DNA from: Prasinococcaceae sp. CCMP 1430
Taxonomy: Eukaryota > Plantae > Prasinodermophyta
Length of the DNA: 64,000 nt
NCBI GenBank assembly: GCA_013416795.1
Contig: RQSC01000518.1
Location: forward strand, 134,510 to 198,509
Reading direction: 5' to 3'
Shown here: positions 47,482 through 58,605 of the stretch, piece after piece
Layout of the letters: each line of letters starts with the position of its first letter
Position numbering within the stretch: position 1 is the stretch's first letter
Program-made: the position numbers and the translations under genes
The notes under the pieces: model-generated
Told to the model about the DNA's origin: nothing
Database searches by the model: none
Seen by the model: only the letters and a program-made list of their open reading frames with translations

Positions 47482-47850
47482 GCTGTTTCCGAAGTTGCTT
47501 CGAGTGCTTTCACCCCGGGGCCGCGGCCGCGTTCGACCCCTCTCCCCGCGGGAGCATGCTCCACACGTTTGTAATTGTGATATTATATGAGCTCGCGTGG
47601 CATCAGTCGCGAGCGTGCAGGCGCGAATGGGACTGAGGCTCACGGAGCTGTCCCACGACGGCTCGATTGCGCGATTGAGCGCTCCGCAGGTGACAGCATC
47701 AGCTTACTCTGCTTGCCAGCTTGCTATGGTACACGGGTACATCGTGGGCGCGCGGCGCAACTTGCGCGCGCGTCGCACGCGCGCCGAGGCCAGCGCGTCC
47801 GTAGAATGGAGCGGCCACAGCCCGGCGACCTCTTCGCGTACGCAGGAGGC

Positions 47851-48424
47851 TCACCCCTCGCGCCATCTCGCGCCACACTTGACGCACTTGTAGAAGGTGC
47901 TCATTGGCTCGTCCGCAGAGCGGATTTGAATCTGCGTTGCGCGTGCGCGCGGGCGCGAGCGCACGCGGCGAGCGCGGCACGCGCGAGGGAAGCATGGTTG
48001 GCCGCCATGAGCGCGTCAGCGCTAGGCGAGTCACGCGTGGCAGGCCCCTCCCCATGGGAGACCCCGCATGGGAGACCCCGCGCCGCGTCGCCCTCACAGC
48101 ACGCACCTGCATGTAGTACGCCTCTGTGTGCCCGCAGGTGGGGCACTTGGTGAGCGTCTTGTCGACGTTTTCCCACGCGTCCTCCCCTCCGAGCACGTCG
48201 TCCACCTCCTTGCGTCGCAGGGCGACGTCCTGCGTGAGCGTGCCGCGCAGCGTGTAGCGGTACGTGCACGACGGCGACGTGCACGCGAACTGGAGGTACT
48301 GGCCGCTGCCGCCGGCAGTGGCCGCCGCGGCGCCGGCGGCGCCCCCACCTGCGAAGCCCGACTTGGGCGCGACGACGAGCAGATAGCCGTCGTACGGGCA
48401 GAACTGCAGCGGCGCGAGCGTCAT
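47851..48424 (-). CDS. RPC11: RNA polymerase III subunit RPC11/C11 (TFIIS-like), 132 aa
   Basis: Exons 48424-48107 and 47931-47851 (CAG|GTGCGT...ACGCAG|ATT). EVDDVLGGEDAWENVDKT..CPTCGHTEAYYMQ-IQIRSADEPMSTFYKCVKC. Confidence 0.93.
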
Positions 48425-49003
48425 TGCGCCGCGCCGCGCCGCGCCGCGCCGTGACCGCGCAGGGGCGACGCGCTGTGTGGCGCGCAGCCGCCGCGTGCCG
48501 CCGCCCCGCCTCGCCTCGCGCACGGAAAACGCAAAAAAAAAAAAAAAAGGGTCCCGCTCCCGGCGCACATCACTTTGCATGGCTCCCATACCATATCTAG
48601 GGTCTGTATTTCCTTTGCGCGTCTGACATCTAACATCTAACTTTCGGAAGGCGGCTCGGACTGAGTGTTCGGGTTTGACAACAAACCTAAATTCACCCCA
48701 AACCCCAAATGCCCCGTGCGAGTCCCGTTCCCGGCTGGTGGGCCCTCGCGGAGCCCGTCCGTCCGTCCCGCCCGTCTCGCTCGCGCGGCCGAGGGGCGCG
48801 GGCGATTTTGCAGTCGTGTTCTGGGTTCGCGCCGGGGCGCGCGCGCGGCGCGGCGCGTTGGCCCCCGTCCGTCCGTCCCATTCGCGCCCTGCCGGGCGGC
48901 CGCGGGCCGGCGGCGTTGGGGCGCCCATCAAAACGCACCCGGTCCCGAATCGCGTGCTCTTGGCCACTCGCTGGCTGGTGGCCGCTCGCTGCGCGCGCGC
49001 GCG

Positions 49004-49132
49004 TTTCGCGCGCGGATAAGAATTGGTCGCGAGGATTTTCGCGCGCCGGCGGCGCTGTTTGGCGCGCTGGGGGAGAGGTCGGATCGCACAGGGGGAGCGC
49101 GCGCGCGAAATCGCGGGGGGAGAATTTCGCGC
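49004..49132. promoter_or_regulatory. Cluster of five E2F-consensus (TTTSSCGC) octamers
   Basis: TTTCGCGC at 49004, 49037 and 49125; TTTGGCGC at 49058; GCGCGAAA at 49103. Located in the RPC11/small-thylakoid-gene divergent spacer. Confidence 0.35.
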
Positions 49133-49313
49133 GCGCGCTCAGCGGGAACGCGACCGAAGCGCGGGTGCGGGTGCGCGGCGGCGGCGGCGGCGGCGGCCAG
49201 GGCCGCGTGAGCGGCGGAGGAGGGAGGAGAGGAGGGAAGGAGTCCGAGGGAGCAGGCAGCAGCCACAAAGCACACCAATCGCCGCCGTACCCCACCTCCC
49301 CCCGCCGCTCGCC

Positions 49314-50027
49314 ATGGCCGCCGTGCTCGCCCGCGCCGCCGTGCACACCTCGAACCTCTTCCTGACGGCCTCGGCACAGAACCTGCTGGACGCTCCCGCC
49401 GCGCGCCGCTCCGCGCCCCGCGCTGCTGCGCCCAAGGCCGACACCAAGGCTGCCGGTGCGTTGCGCCGCGCCGTGCAGGGCTGTGCGCGCGGCCTGCCGT
49501 GCAGGGGGGGTGTGCGGGGGAAAGATGTGAAGAGGCGAAGGCGCGACAGTGAAGAGGCGATCGCGCACGCGCGAAGGGCGGTGTGGTGTGAGGCGAGAGA
49601 TGAGAGGCGCGCACAGGACGGCATGCGCTCGGGTGCGCTTGTCTGTCGCAGTGTGTGTGCGGCGGGGGAGGGAGGGCTCGCTTGAGAGCCATGTCCTCCT
49701 GCCCCGCGTGAGGGGGGTCACGCGACACGCCTGGCGCGCGTGCTGTGCGCCGCGCATGTCGCTCGAGCCGAGATCGCGCGCGATGGCCCATCGTGCTGAC
49801 TTGACTGGCCGTGGCGCGGTGGACGCGCCTTGACCCATCTCGCCTCCGCAGTGCTGTCGACCACCGCGGTGACCACCGCGGCGGCCGCCGCGCCCGCGTT
49901 CGCTGTGCAGGATGCCGTGTTCGAGACCGCGAACGCCGCGCAGTGGTACCCGCTCGAGCTCGCGGGCCTGCTGGGCGCCACCGTCGGCATCTACCTGTTC
50001 CTCAACAAGGTCGTGAAGCTGATCTAA
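49314..50027 (+). CDS. Small single-span thylakoid-type protein with a bipartite targeting peptide (105-aa precursor)
   Basis: Exons 49314-49455 and 49852-50027 (GCCG|GTGCGT...CCGCAG|TG). Transit peptide, lumen-type signal ending AAAPAFA, mature VQDAVFETANAAQWYPLELAGLLGATVGIYLFLNKVVKLI. Confidence 0.8.
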
Positions 50028-50236
50028 ACGCTTTCTGCTCGCGCGCGCTGGCGCGCAAGTGTCACATTTAACAGGTAGGACCAGAACCGCACAGTTTGAC
50101 CACGCGCGAGCGAGGCACCAGAGGGTGGCTGCGGTGTTGGGGGGTGGGCACAGGATAGCATACAACGGGCTATTATTACATGGGGCACCGCTCGCGCCAC
50201 GCACGTCCGTCGACTGGGCGGCCGCCGCCGCTCACG

Positions 50237-51769
50237 CTAGCATGCCCTGCCGACGCCCTTGGCGACCCCCTGGAGCATGCGCGAGTTCGACAGCGCAGAC
50301 TCGATGTCCTCGGCGGGCACACGCAGCGCCACCTTCTGCTTGCGATACGCGCGAGAGTTTCCCGCAATGGCCACCAGCCCTTGGTCGCTGAGCACGCTGA
50401 TGACGGTCGACATTTCGGGCTCCGCCAGTGGCGCCAGGCGGGCGGCCGCGCACAGCTGCACGTACGTGTCCCGCAGCTCGCTCACGAGGCACTGCGGCCC
50501 AGCCGCGTTGCGCTCCACGCGCCGCACGACCGCGGCGAGCAACAGCTGCTGCTGCGGCGGCAGCTTCTTGACGAGCGACGACGACTGGTCGCGCAGCACC
50601 GCCGACAGAGCAGCGGCCATGTGACTCACGGTCACCGTGAGGCGCTTCTTGGGCGCCCCTGATCCGGAGGCCGCCGCCAACTGGGTCGCCTGCTGCGCCT
50701 GCGCTCGCTCGAGCGCCGCCGTGCACACCTGCAGCGCGCGGCGCATGTCACCGGTCGCGGCGGCCACGCGCCGCGCGCAGAGCTGGAGCGCTTGCGGCAC
50801 GAATCGTGGCGCGTCGGGGTCCTCCTCCGTGCCCTCCGCCACTTCCTCGCCGAGCCTCGCGCCGAGCAGCGTGGTCAGTTCGGCCGCGGTGTATGCTGGC
50901 ATCACAACCTCCGCCGGCTCGATGCCCGCGGCGCGTAGCTCGTCCCGCGCGTGAATGGCAAAATCGAGCGCGTTCGCGACGCCGACGATGAGCCCGTGGG
51001 CGCCCGGCGCGGTCACCATCGCGAACAGCGCGCACAGCGACGCCAGGCCCTCGGCGCCGCGCAGCATGGCGTCCAGCTCGTCCAGCACGATGACCGGCAT
51101 GCGCTGCGGGTGCTTGCCGCCGCGCCCGCCGCCGGCTCCCTTGCCCGCGACCGGCTTGAGCGGCTTCTCCTGGCCCGGTGGCCGATTGTTGAAGCGCTTG
51201 CGCACGCGCGCAGCGGCCACGTGGGGCTCGATCGGGCCCGCGCCCTGCTCGGGCTCCAGGCCCGCCAGCGCCTGCTCCCACACCGCCTCGGGCGCGCGCA
51301 GGGCCATGCAGTTCACCCACGCGACTGCGGGTGCGGGCATGCGCTCGCTCCGCGCCCACGCCTCCGCCGCCGAGAGCGCGGCGGCCGTCGTCAGGCTCTT
51401 GCCCACCCCCGGCACGCCGCTCGTGAAGATCACGCCTGCTCGCCGCGTCCTGGACACGCGCTGCATTTCCTTGAGCATCGCCGCGTGCTCCGCCTCACGG
51501 CACGCTACCCCACAGCCTGCGGCACCCGAGGCGCCCGCACGACCCCTGGGTCGCTCCGTCGCGAGGGCGGCGCCCGCAGCGAGGTCGAGCGCCTCAGACA
51601 CGGCGCGCTGCCGCGCGGCCGTCTTCCTCCCCCTCCCTGCGCCCGCATCCGCGCCGCTGTCCTCCCTGCCGCGCTTGAGCGCGCCGGCGCCCGCGCCCGC
51701 GCCTGCATTCGCGCCCGCTCGCGTCGCGGGCGTGGCCGGTGGTGCACCGGCTGCAGTCGTTAGCGCCAT
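50237..51769 (-). CDS. CDC6: Cell division control protein 6 (AAA+ ATPase with winged helix)
   Basis: Walker A FTSGVPGVGKS, VNCM, Walker B VIVLDELD, VGVANALD, MPAYTAAEL, CARRVAAATGDMRRALQVC, C-terminal winged helix. One TTTGCCGC E2F-like site lies at 51823. Confidence 0.88.
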   Translation of the reverse strand: MALTTAAGAPPATPATRAGANAGAGAGAGALKRGREDSGADAGAGRGRKTAARQRAVSEALDLAAGAALATERPRGRAGASGAAGCGVACREAEHAAMLKEMQRVSRTRRAGVIFTSGVPGVGKSLTTAAALSAAEAWARSERMPAPAVAWVNCMALRAPEAVWEQALAGLEPEQGAGPIEPHVAAARVRKRFNNRPPGQEKPLKPVAGKGAGGGRGGKHPQRMPVIVLDELDAMLRGAEGLASLCALFAMVTAPGAHGLIVGVANALDFAIHARDELRAAGIEPAEVVMPAYTAAELTTLLGARLGEEVAEGTEEDPDAPRFVPQALQLCARRVAAATGDMRRALQVCTAALERAQAQQATQLAAASGSGAPKKRLTVTVSHMAAALSAVLRDQSSSLVKKLPPQQQLLLAAVVRRVERNAAGPQCLVSELRDTYVQLCAAARLAPLAEPEMSTVISVLSDQGLVAIAGNSRAYRKQKVALRVPAEDIESALSNSRMLQGVAKGVGRAC

Positions 51770-52984
51770 GCTCCCCCCTCTTCCCCTCCCCCCCTGCCCC
51801 GGCTGCCTGTCACCGGCCGACTTTTGCCGCCTCGCCGTGGCAGCGCGCTTCGGCACCGGCCTGCGCCCTGCACCTGCCCGTTCCCGGCCTCCGCCGCGGA
51901 GGACAAATGTGACGCGGCGCGCCCCTCGCAGCTTCCCCACCCCTCTCCCACCCCGTCCCTCTTCTTCCCCCACCCACCCCACCCCCCCCCACTCCAGCCT
52001 GCCTGCCCTGCCTTCGCCCACGCCCGCGCGCCCGCGCGCCCGCGGCGGGCGCGGCGCAATTCCAATGGTTTTCGGGTTTTAGGCGCCCGTGCTCGCGGCG
52101 GAACGGTGCGCGCCCCGGCGGCTGGCAGCCCCTGGCTGGCACCCCACAGCCGGCCCTCGCTGCCCGTCCGACCCCTATGTGCCGGCTAGGGTTCGCTTTC
52201 AATTACGGTATCTCACTCATCAGACCAGGTAAAAGGACGATCCAGGGTCATCACATGTTCGGCGGCCAGGCCAGCGGCGGCCGGCGGCGGCTGTGGGATC
52301 ACAGTGCGCGCGCCGCCCGCCCCCCCCCCCCCCCCCCTTTCGCTCTCCTCCCGGGCGTGGCATCGGCGCCGCGGCGGGAGGGGTGGGCTGGGATGGGGGG
52401 AGGGAGGGGCTTTGAGGCCAGGGGCGCAGGCGCGTGAGGGCACGAGGCACTGATGGCCGCGGGACGGTGCGTGCGCTCGCGGGTGCGCAGGGCGCGCAGG
52501 TGCTCGTTCTCGCTTAGGGCTGTGCGCACGGGCGCAGTGCAGTGGCGGCGGCGGCGGCGGCCGCGAGCGGCGGAAGCGTGTGGCAGCGGCGCGTCCCAAT
52601 GACGATCAAACAATATTAGATGACGAAGCTGAGCACGCCTTGCGTGGTGGCACCTACACGCGTTTTGCGTGGCCGCCCGCGTGCGTTGGTGAGACAACGA
52701 GGCATTTGTCCGAGGGGAGGCGCCCGAGCGGGCGCGCAAGTGTATGGCAAGCCGAGGCGCCGGGGCTGACTCGAGCGCTCTTCGCGCGGCGCACACAGCC
52801 CGGGCCCCAGGCCGCGTCTCAGGTGACGGAACGCACACAGCCGTCGGGTCGTCAAGGACTGCCAAGGTGAGCCGCGGCCCCCCACCAGGCCAGGAGGCTG
52901 GAAGCGCCGCTCGCCCCGTCGTTGTAAATCATGTACTTCCCCACCACACCCCAAATAGTTATTACAGTAGTTATGCGCCGCACG

Positions 52985-55120
52985 TCAAGGGGCCGCGCCG
53001 CGGACGGTGTCGTCGCTGGCCTCGCCCATGCTCGCCTCAGTTGGGTCGACGTTGCGGGTGGCCTCTGGCTCGACCGTGGCGCCGATGGGCTCGATGTAGC
53101 TCCACTCTCCGGTGCCCTTATCGAGGAACATATTGCACGAGACGTCAAACGACAGCTTGCGGCGAGCGTGCACCAGGCGCCCATTCGCCGTGCGCGTCCA
53201 TCCGTCCTCACCCTGGGTGGGCACCGCGACGCCATCCTCAACCGCGCGCACGAGCGCGGCGAGCGGCGCGGTGCCTTCGCGGCACGTCAACAGCACGCTG
53301 CCTGCGCCGGCAGCCGGCGCCAGCGTCAGACGCACGGACGCCTCGCTTCCTGGCATCGTCTCAATGCGCGCGATGTCCGCGAGCTTCAACTCGATCGCAG
53401 GCTTGCCAAAAAAACCATACAGGGCCAGCGCCGAACGCGTCAGGTACATGCGCCCGCGTGCGCGCGCGTGCGCGGCGGGCAGGTCCTCCAGCCCGAGTGC
53501 ACCGCTAGCGTCAAACGTTGCCTCGGCGTCGGCGAGCAGCGCGCGTGCCCCTCCGAGCGAGGGGAACGAACGCCCGAACGCCGCGCCCGTTGCAACCGCC
53601 CTCCACTCGGACACCACCCGCCAGCAGGCGAGGATCACCAGGGCGGCGAGCGCTGCCTGCTCAAGCGGCGCTTTGTACGCCCATGGAAGCACGCACTTCA
53701 CGCCCACCATGAGTGCCGCGAACGCCAGCAGGCGCGCGACGACGTCCGCACGGCGAAGGGCGCTACTCATGGCGGCGAAGACCTGCGGCAGGCTCGCCGC
53801 GGCCTTATCCGATCGCGCCGATGCGGGCCGCGGCGCGCCGAGCGCATCGTCCTCCTTCGCTCGCGTTTTGCCCCGCCGCCGCTGTCGCGCCGCCGGCCGC
53901 GCCGCTACGCGGCTCTGCATGCCCCTGGCGGCGAACACGAGCGCGGCGACACCCACGCCGACGGTCGCCGCTGTGGCGACCAGCACTCGCAGAGTCGCGG
54001 GAAGCTTTGAGGGCAGCGCGGGCGTGGTGAGGGTCGCCGGGCGGGACCCACCCTCTGCAGCGGCCTCGAGCGCGCGATCGAAGTCATGGCCGCCCTCCCC
54101 GCGATGCGTGCGCGTGGCGAGGCGGTAGCGCGCGTGCACGGCCGCCAGGCTGTCGGGACGCGGTCCGGTGCTCTCGAGCTTCCGCTTTGGCTCGGCGCCC
54201 AAGTACAGAGAGTCAGCCCCCGCGCCGCCCGTCAGCGGCCGGGCACCCGGCGGCGGGGCCTCCGCAGCCCCCGTGACCCCAGCTCCGTCGAGGGCGTCGA
54301 GCGCCGCCGCCTCAGCCCTCGCCTCCGCCTCGAGCGCCTCGATGTCCACACCCATGCGCGCCGCCTCGCGGCGAAAGCGGTCGACTGCCGCGCTTTGTCC
54401 CTCTTCGACTCGTCGTATGGACTCGCGCAGCTGGGGCGACAGCTCGTTGAGCGCGGCATCCACCTCGCCGCCGCTGCCCATGATGTCCGCGCCCGCGCCG
54501 CGTCGCGCGCCGCCGCTGCGCTGCAGCGCCTCCTGACTCTGACGCAGCAACTCGCGCGCGGCGGCCTTCTCCTCCTCCGTCCAGCGCGTGACCACGCCGA
54601 GCTCGTTGTCCGCATCGTCGCCACCAAACACGTAGCCCGCCGGGCGCCCATTGACATCGCTGTCAAAGTTGGCGTCGATGGGGTAGTCTGCAGGGAAGTC
54701 CTCCGTGCGCGGCACGTACGGCGCTGCGGCCGAGTCTGCGTCCGCGCCACCGCCGCCGCCACCGCCGCCGCCGCTCCCTCTGCCGCCACCGCCGACGCTG
54801 TCCCCAGGCGCACCAACGCCGCCGCTGGCACGCGAGCGCGTCAGCATGTCGTCTAGCTCCTTGAGCTGGCTCTCCAGTCCCGGCGCAGACTCCAGCGGGG
54901 ACGCAGTGCGCAGCGGCGGCCTGCCTGCGCCGCCCACACCCGGCGGCCCGGCCTCGCAGCGGGCCGCAGCGCGTCGCAGCACCGAGGGGGAGCGGCGCGG
55001 GCCGCCGCGCCACAGAGCGCGGCGCGGGCGCGCGGGCGGGAGGGTGCGCACCCCTCCACCGCCCCCACCCAACCGAACAAACGCCCAGACACCCGGACAC
55101 CTGCCGACCCACTTCACCAT
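52985..55120 (-). CDS. Probable plastid membrane protein with 2-3 TM helices and a C-terminal GRAM/PH-like domain
   Basis: Transit-like RTLPPARPRRALWRGGPRRSPSVLRRAAARC; hydrophobic helices; GRMYLTRSALALYGFFG...IELKLADIARIE fits the GRAM pattern. The start codon is uncertain. Confidence 0.65.
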   Translation of the reverse strand: MVKWVGRCPGVWAFVRLGGGGGGVRTLPPARPRRALWRGGPRRSPSVLRRAAARCEAGPPGVGGAGRPPLRTASPLESAPGLESQLKELDDMLTRSRASGGVGAPGDSVGGGGRGSGGGGGGGGGADADSAAAPYVPRTEDFPADYPIDANFDSDVNGRPAGYVFGGDDADNELGVVTRWTEEEKAAARELLRQSQEALQRSGGARRGAGADIMGSGGEVDAALNELSPQLRESIRRVEEGQSAAVDRFRREAARMGVDIEALEAEARAEAAALDALDGAGVTGAAEAPPPGARPLTGGAGADSLYLGAEPKRKLESTGPRPDSLAAVHARYRLATRTHRGEGGHDFDRALEAAAEGGSRPATLTTPALPSKLPATLRVLVATAATVGVGVAALVFAARGMQSRVAARPAARQRRRGKTRAKEDDALGAPRPASARSDKAAASLPQVFAAMSSALRRADVVARLLAFAALMVGVKCVLPWAYKAPLEQAALAALVILACWRVVSEWRAVATGAAFGRSFPSLGGARALLADAEATFDASGALGLEDLPAAHARARGRMYLTRSALALYGFFGKPAIELKLADIARIETMPGSEASVRLTLAPAAGAGSVLLTCREGTAPLAALVRAVEDGVAVPTQGEDGWTRTANGRLVHARRKLSFDVSCNMFLDKGTGEWSYIEPIGATVEPEATRNVDPTEASMGEASDDTVRGAAP

Positions 55121-55887
55121 GGGCAGGGGCGAGGGCAAGGGCGAGGGCATCGAGCCCGTGGCCGGCTCGACGTCCTCGATGACGGCGCTCAACCCGGGCA
55201 GCACAGACTCGGACCCGCCGACGCCGACGCTGGGCGGCGCGCCGCTCGACGCGGACGACGTCCAGGCGAAGCTCTCGGCGCGCTACAAGGTGCGGAGCGC
55301 GAGCGCGAGCGCGCGCGCGCAAATCAGGCTGCGCTGCGTACTCTTCGAGGGCGCGCTGCCTCGCGCAGCTCGCGCCCCCCCGACGCTCGCTGCGGCGCCT
55401 CTGACGGGCGCGGCGGCGCGCGGCACCGCAGGTGGACAACGGCTTCCACGAGCGCTGGGGCTGGAGCGAGACTGTGTTCGCCGGCTGGCCGTACGTCGCC
55501 GCGGGCTTCGCCTTCTACAAGGTGCGACGGAGAGAGAGAGAGAGAGAGAGCCTGCGCGCCCTCGTGCGCTTTCCCCCCGTCGCCGCCCGCGCCCGCCCGC
55601 CCGCCCGCGCGTTGAGAGGGCGAGGGGCTGACGCGCGCACCCGCGCCGCGCTCGCTCGCTCGCCTGCTTCTAAAACCTAAAATGACAAACCTCAATAGAA
55701 CCTAACCTCAACCCTCCCCTCCGCCCCCACCCAGGTCACCTCCCCCCCCACCGACCGACCTCTGCCCACGTGGTACCACGAGGGCGGCAGCTGCCCGGGG
55801 TCGCGGATCTCCATCCGATGTCGGTGCGGCTCCAGCCAGCCACGGCGCGCCTTCACCCGACCCAACGAACCAACCAACCGCATGTGA
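55119..55887 (+). CDS. Hypothetical three-exon gene (not in the ORF track as such)
   Basis: Strong Kozak context ACCATGG at 55119. Exons 55119-55289, 55432-55521 and 55735-55887 with canonical phase-0 junctions (AAG|GTGCGG..CTGAC..CGCAG|GTG; AAG|GTGCGA..CTAAC..CCCAG|GTC). The last exon may instead splice at GTGAGT 55884. Confidence 0.6.
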
Positions 55888-56646
55888 GTTCGGTCGAGTG
55901 TATCTATTTACAATATGGATATGATGGTACTTCCGACCAACCAACCAGTGCCCCGTCCGTGTGCCGTTCGTGCCACCGTCCGGATCCGGATCTGGATCGT
56001 GCTGCGCAGCCTCAGAGCACGCAGCGATTCTCCAGCCAGTCGAAAGTATCCGTCCGTCCGTCTGTCTGCTGCATTGTCACGATGGCCGACCGAAACCGAC
56101 CGAACCGACCGAAACCGAACCGACCCGACCCGAACGGCTCTCCGGATGGCTCTTTCCGGACCGGGCCCGCTCGCCTCTTTCCCTTTCGGCCTTTCCGCTC
56201 TTCTCCCGCGCTCGCGCGCGTGCCTGCCGGCTGGGTGGGTTGTGTGTGTGGGTGTCTCGTTGGCTTTGCTGCGCCCTCCGGCGGCCGCTTTCGGGGTTTG
56301 CGGAGCGGATTTCGCGCCGTCCGGCGGATGCGGCCGCCGCCCGCGCGCGCCCGCCACGCGCCCCCCTCCCGAAAGCGCGTTTCTGAGGGCGCCTCCGCAC
56401 TGCGTTCGTCCCGCCTCCGCCCGAAACGCCCGCGTCCGAAATGCGCGCTCGCCGCAGATTGCTCCCGATCCAAAAATCTGAGGATCAGGCCGGCGGGCGC
56501 GCGCGCGCGCGGCGCGCGCGGACGGGTCCGGGGTACGCTTCGGAGGATGCGCGTGTTTGAGGTTACATGGTATTAGGGTTCAACATACAGGGGCGACGAA
56601 CTATCGGCGGCGCCGGCCGGCGGCGGGCGCGCGGGCGGGCGGGCCA

Positions 56647-56826
56647 NNNNNNNNNNNNNNNNNNNNNNNNNNNNNNNNNNNNNNNNNNNNNNNNNNNNNN
56701 NNNNNNNNNNNNNNNNNNNNNNNNNNNNNNNNNNNNNNNNNNNNNNNNNNNNNNNNNNNNNNNNNNNNNNNNNNNNNNNNNNNNNNNNNNNNNNNNNNNN
56801 NNNNNNNNNNNNNNNNNNNNNNNNNN
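56647..56826. other. Assembly gap (180 N) that probably hides the DAHP synthase start
   Basis: Direct read. Confidence 1.
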
Positions 56827-58318
56827 CGCGCGCGCCGTGCTGTCGCCCTCGCCAGGCGTGTCAGACGCGGCCGCGCCGAGCGCGGGCGCTTCGGCGTCGG
56901 GCGACGGCGAGGCCTTGGCGGGCGTGCCGTGGGAGCCTGACGCGGAGCATCTGTCCGACTGGCACCGCTACAGCTGGCGCGAGCGGCCCATCCTGCAGCA
57001 GCCCAACTACCCCGACCGCGCGGCGGTTGAGGGCGTGGTGGAGGAGCTGCAGCGCGTGCCGCCGCTCGTGTTCGCAGGCGAGGTGCGACGGCTGCAGCAG
57101 CGGCTGGCGGCGGCCGCCGAGGGCAACGGCTTCGTGCTCTTCGGCGGCGACTGTGCCGAGTCGTTTGACAACTTCTCCACCGATGGCATCCGCGACCTCT
57201 TCCGCGTCATCCTGCAGATGAGCGTCGTGCTCATGTACGGCGCCTCCACGCCCGTGGTCAAGGTGGGGCGCGTGGCGGGGCAGTTCGCCAAGCCGCGCTC
57301 CTCGGACACCGAGATGGTGGACGGCGTGGAGCTGCCTTCGTACCGCGGCGACATCATCAACGGCCCCGAGAACACGCCCGAGGCGCGCGTGCCCGACCCC
57401 AAGCGGCTCGTGCGCGCGTACAACCAGAGCGCCGCCACGCTCAACCTGCTCCGCGCCTTCGCCAGCGGCGGCTACGCCAGCCTGCTGCGAATGGAGAACT
57501 GGGAGCTCGACTTCGTGCGCAACTCGGAGCAGGGCGAGCGCTTCCACGAGCTCGCCGCCCAGATGCGCCAGGCGATCAAGTTCATGGAGGCCGCCGGCGT
57601 CACCGAGAACTCGCCGGCGTTTGCCGAGACTGAGTTCTACACGAGCCACGAGTGCCTGCTGATGGACTACGAGTCCACGCTCACCCGCGAGGACTCGACG
57701 ACGGGGCTGTGGTACAACTGCAGCGCGCACCTCGTGTGGACGGGCGAGCGCACGCGCCAGCTGGACGGCGCGCACATCGAGTTCATGCGCGGTATCGCCA
57801 ACCCGGTGGGCGTCAAGATCTCCGACAAGATGGCCACCGATGAGCTCATCGAGCTCGTGCGCGTGATGAACCCCAACAACACGCCGGGGCGGCTCACGCT
57901 CATCACCCGCATGGGAGCCGAGAAGCTGCGCGACCATCTGCCGCGCTTCATTCGCGCCATCAAGGAGGAGGGCGCGGTGGTCACGTGGGTGTGCGACCCC
58001 ATGCACGGCAACACCATCACCAGCACGTGCGGTCGCTTCAAGACGCGCAACTACACGGCCATCAAGGAAGAGCTTGAGGCCTTCTTCGACGTGCACGAGA
58101 CGGAGGGCTCGCACCCGGGCGGCATGCACCTCGAGATGACTGGAGCGGACGTCACCGAGTGCGTGGGCGGCGCCAGCGGCGTCAGCATGGAGGACCTCGA
58201 CAAGGCGTACGAGACGCACTGCGACCCGCGCCTCAACTGCGAGCAGGCGCTCGAGGTGGCGTTCATGGTGGCCGACCGCCTGCAACGCCTCAACAAAGCC
58301 AAGGAGACGCAGGCCTGA
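56827..58318 (+). CDS. DHS: Class II (plant-type) DAHP synthase, plastid shikimate pathway; 5' end in the gap
   Basis: WRERPILQQPNYPD, PPLVFAGE, GGDCAESF, KVGRVAGQFAKPRS, SYRGDIING, FYTSHECLL, WTGERTRQLDGAH, CDPMHGNT, HLEMTG, HCDPRLN. Confidence 0.97.
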
Positions 58319-58605
58319 GCGCAGGCTTGGGGCGGGCCGAGCTAGCAAGAGGATCTGCGCCAATTTGGCATCGCCCTTGCCTCCTGTGGCTCGCTCGTCA
58401 CAGTGCCCGTATTTGCGAGTGATCTCGTAATTGGTAAAGGAGAGCTCGCAGATGGCCATTTTCTTGACAGGCATAGGCACGTGTCTTAGAATTGCATGGC
58501 GTTGCGTGGCGCGCACGGCGGCCTTCTTATTATTAGGCGGGGCGAGGAGACGCGGGGAGCAGCCGGCGTGGCTGGCGCGCCCATGCGCGCCCGTGACAGA
58601 TCCGC

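Noticed and set aside
48053-48080. 14-bp tandem duplication CATGGGAGACCCCG x2 in the RPC11 intron
   Set aside because: Real but short and intronic, with no evidence of function.
47699-50204. 422-aa and 503-aa minus-strand ORFs
   Set aside because: The first contains only RPC11 exon 1 plus flanking sequence. The second is antisense to the small thylakoid gene and its promoter.
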